A DNA stretch of 47,928 bases from PVC group bacterium. Lineage in GTDB: Bacteria; Auribacterota; Erginobacteria; Erginobacterales; Erginobacteraceae. The translations under genes were made by a program, and so were the position numbers. This document shows, piece after piece, positions 47,763-47,928 of this stretch. Location of the stretch: contig JAZDIV010000031.1 of NCBI GenBank assembly GCA_043804695.1, positions 1-47,928 of the forward strand, in the 5' to 3' direction. The notes under the pieces are model-generated. The model had not been told where the DNA came from. It was given only the letters and a program-made list of their open reading frames with translations, and searched no databases. The stretch's first letter is position 1. Each line of letters opens with the position of its first letter.

Positions 47763-47928
47763 CCGCCTCCAACGAAGTTATAATCGGTAACGAAATTTGG
47801 TTCTCTTCCATTTTGTGTGGGTACAAGAGCCTATAATCACCACCGGGCTTGCCCTGCCCTTATCCCGGAAAAAAAGCTGGACAAAACTACATTTGCCATC
47901 TATATAGGTGGCATGAAAACACAAAATC

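Noticed and set aside
1..47928. Genome-wide UGA reassignment (code 4 or 25) as the explanation for the cysS TGA
   Set aside because: Many conserved genes end at TGA at their expected length (rdgB 28103, tmk 36617, holB 37855, epimerases 41584 and 46385, aminotransferase 47762), and Trp is encoded by TGG.

Overview
GC-rich chromosomal segment from a diderm bacterium (it encodes LptD) using genetic code 11. The paralogous secreted proteins ending in a 6x40-aa FG-GAP/VCBS-like module recall PVC-related candidate lineages such as Auribacterota; this is tentative and from memory only. The left part (1-26.6 kb) is largely accessory. It holds secreted multi-domain proteins, vWA, CvpA-like and CofE-like genes, typA, a complete IS4 element with an 11-bp target duplication and a DUF6788-like passenger, peptidases, an ABC exporter, a radical SAM protein, a thymidylate-synthase-fold protein, tRNA-Arg(CCG) and several pseudogenes. 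The right part is housekeeping: rph-rdgB, radA-ispD-ispF-cysS, tmk-holB-PSP1-metG, and an lptD/nucleotide-sugar cluster. Best leads: (1) cysS has a single in-frame TGA exactly at the invariant zinc-ligand Cys of GWHIEC, so it is a candidate selenocysteine-containing or recoded CysRS; (2) a conserved C-terminal six-repeat module on four unrelated secreted proteins is a candidate anchoring or sorting system; (3) the TS-fold enzyme has Asp at the base-specificity position (cytosine type); (4) several families of intergenic hairpins and repeats occur, including C-GNA-G triloop palindromes placed over ribosome-binding sites. Nothing was computed or searched; all calls come from reading the sequence and recognising motifs.
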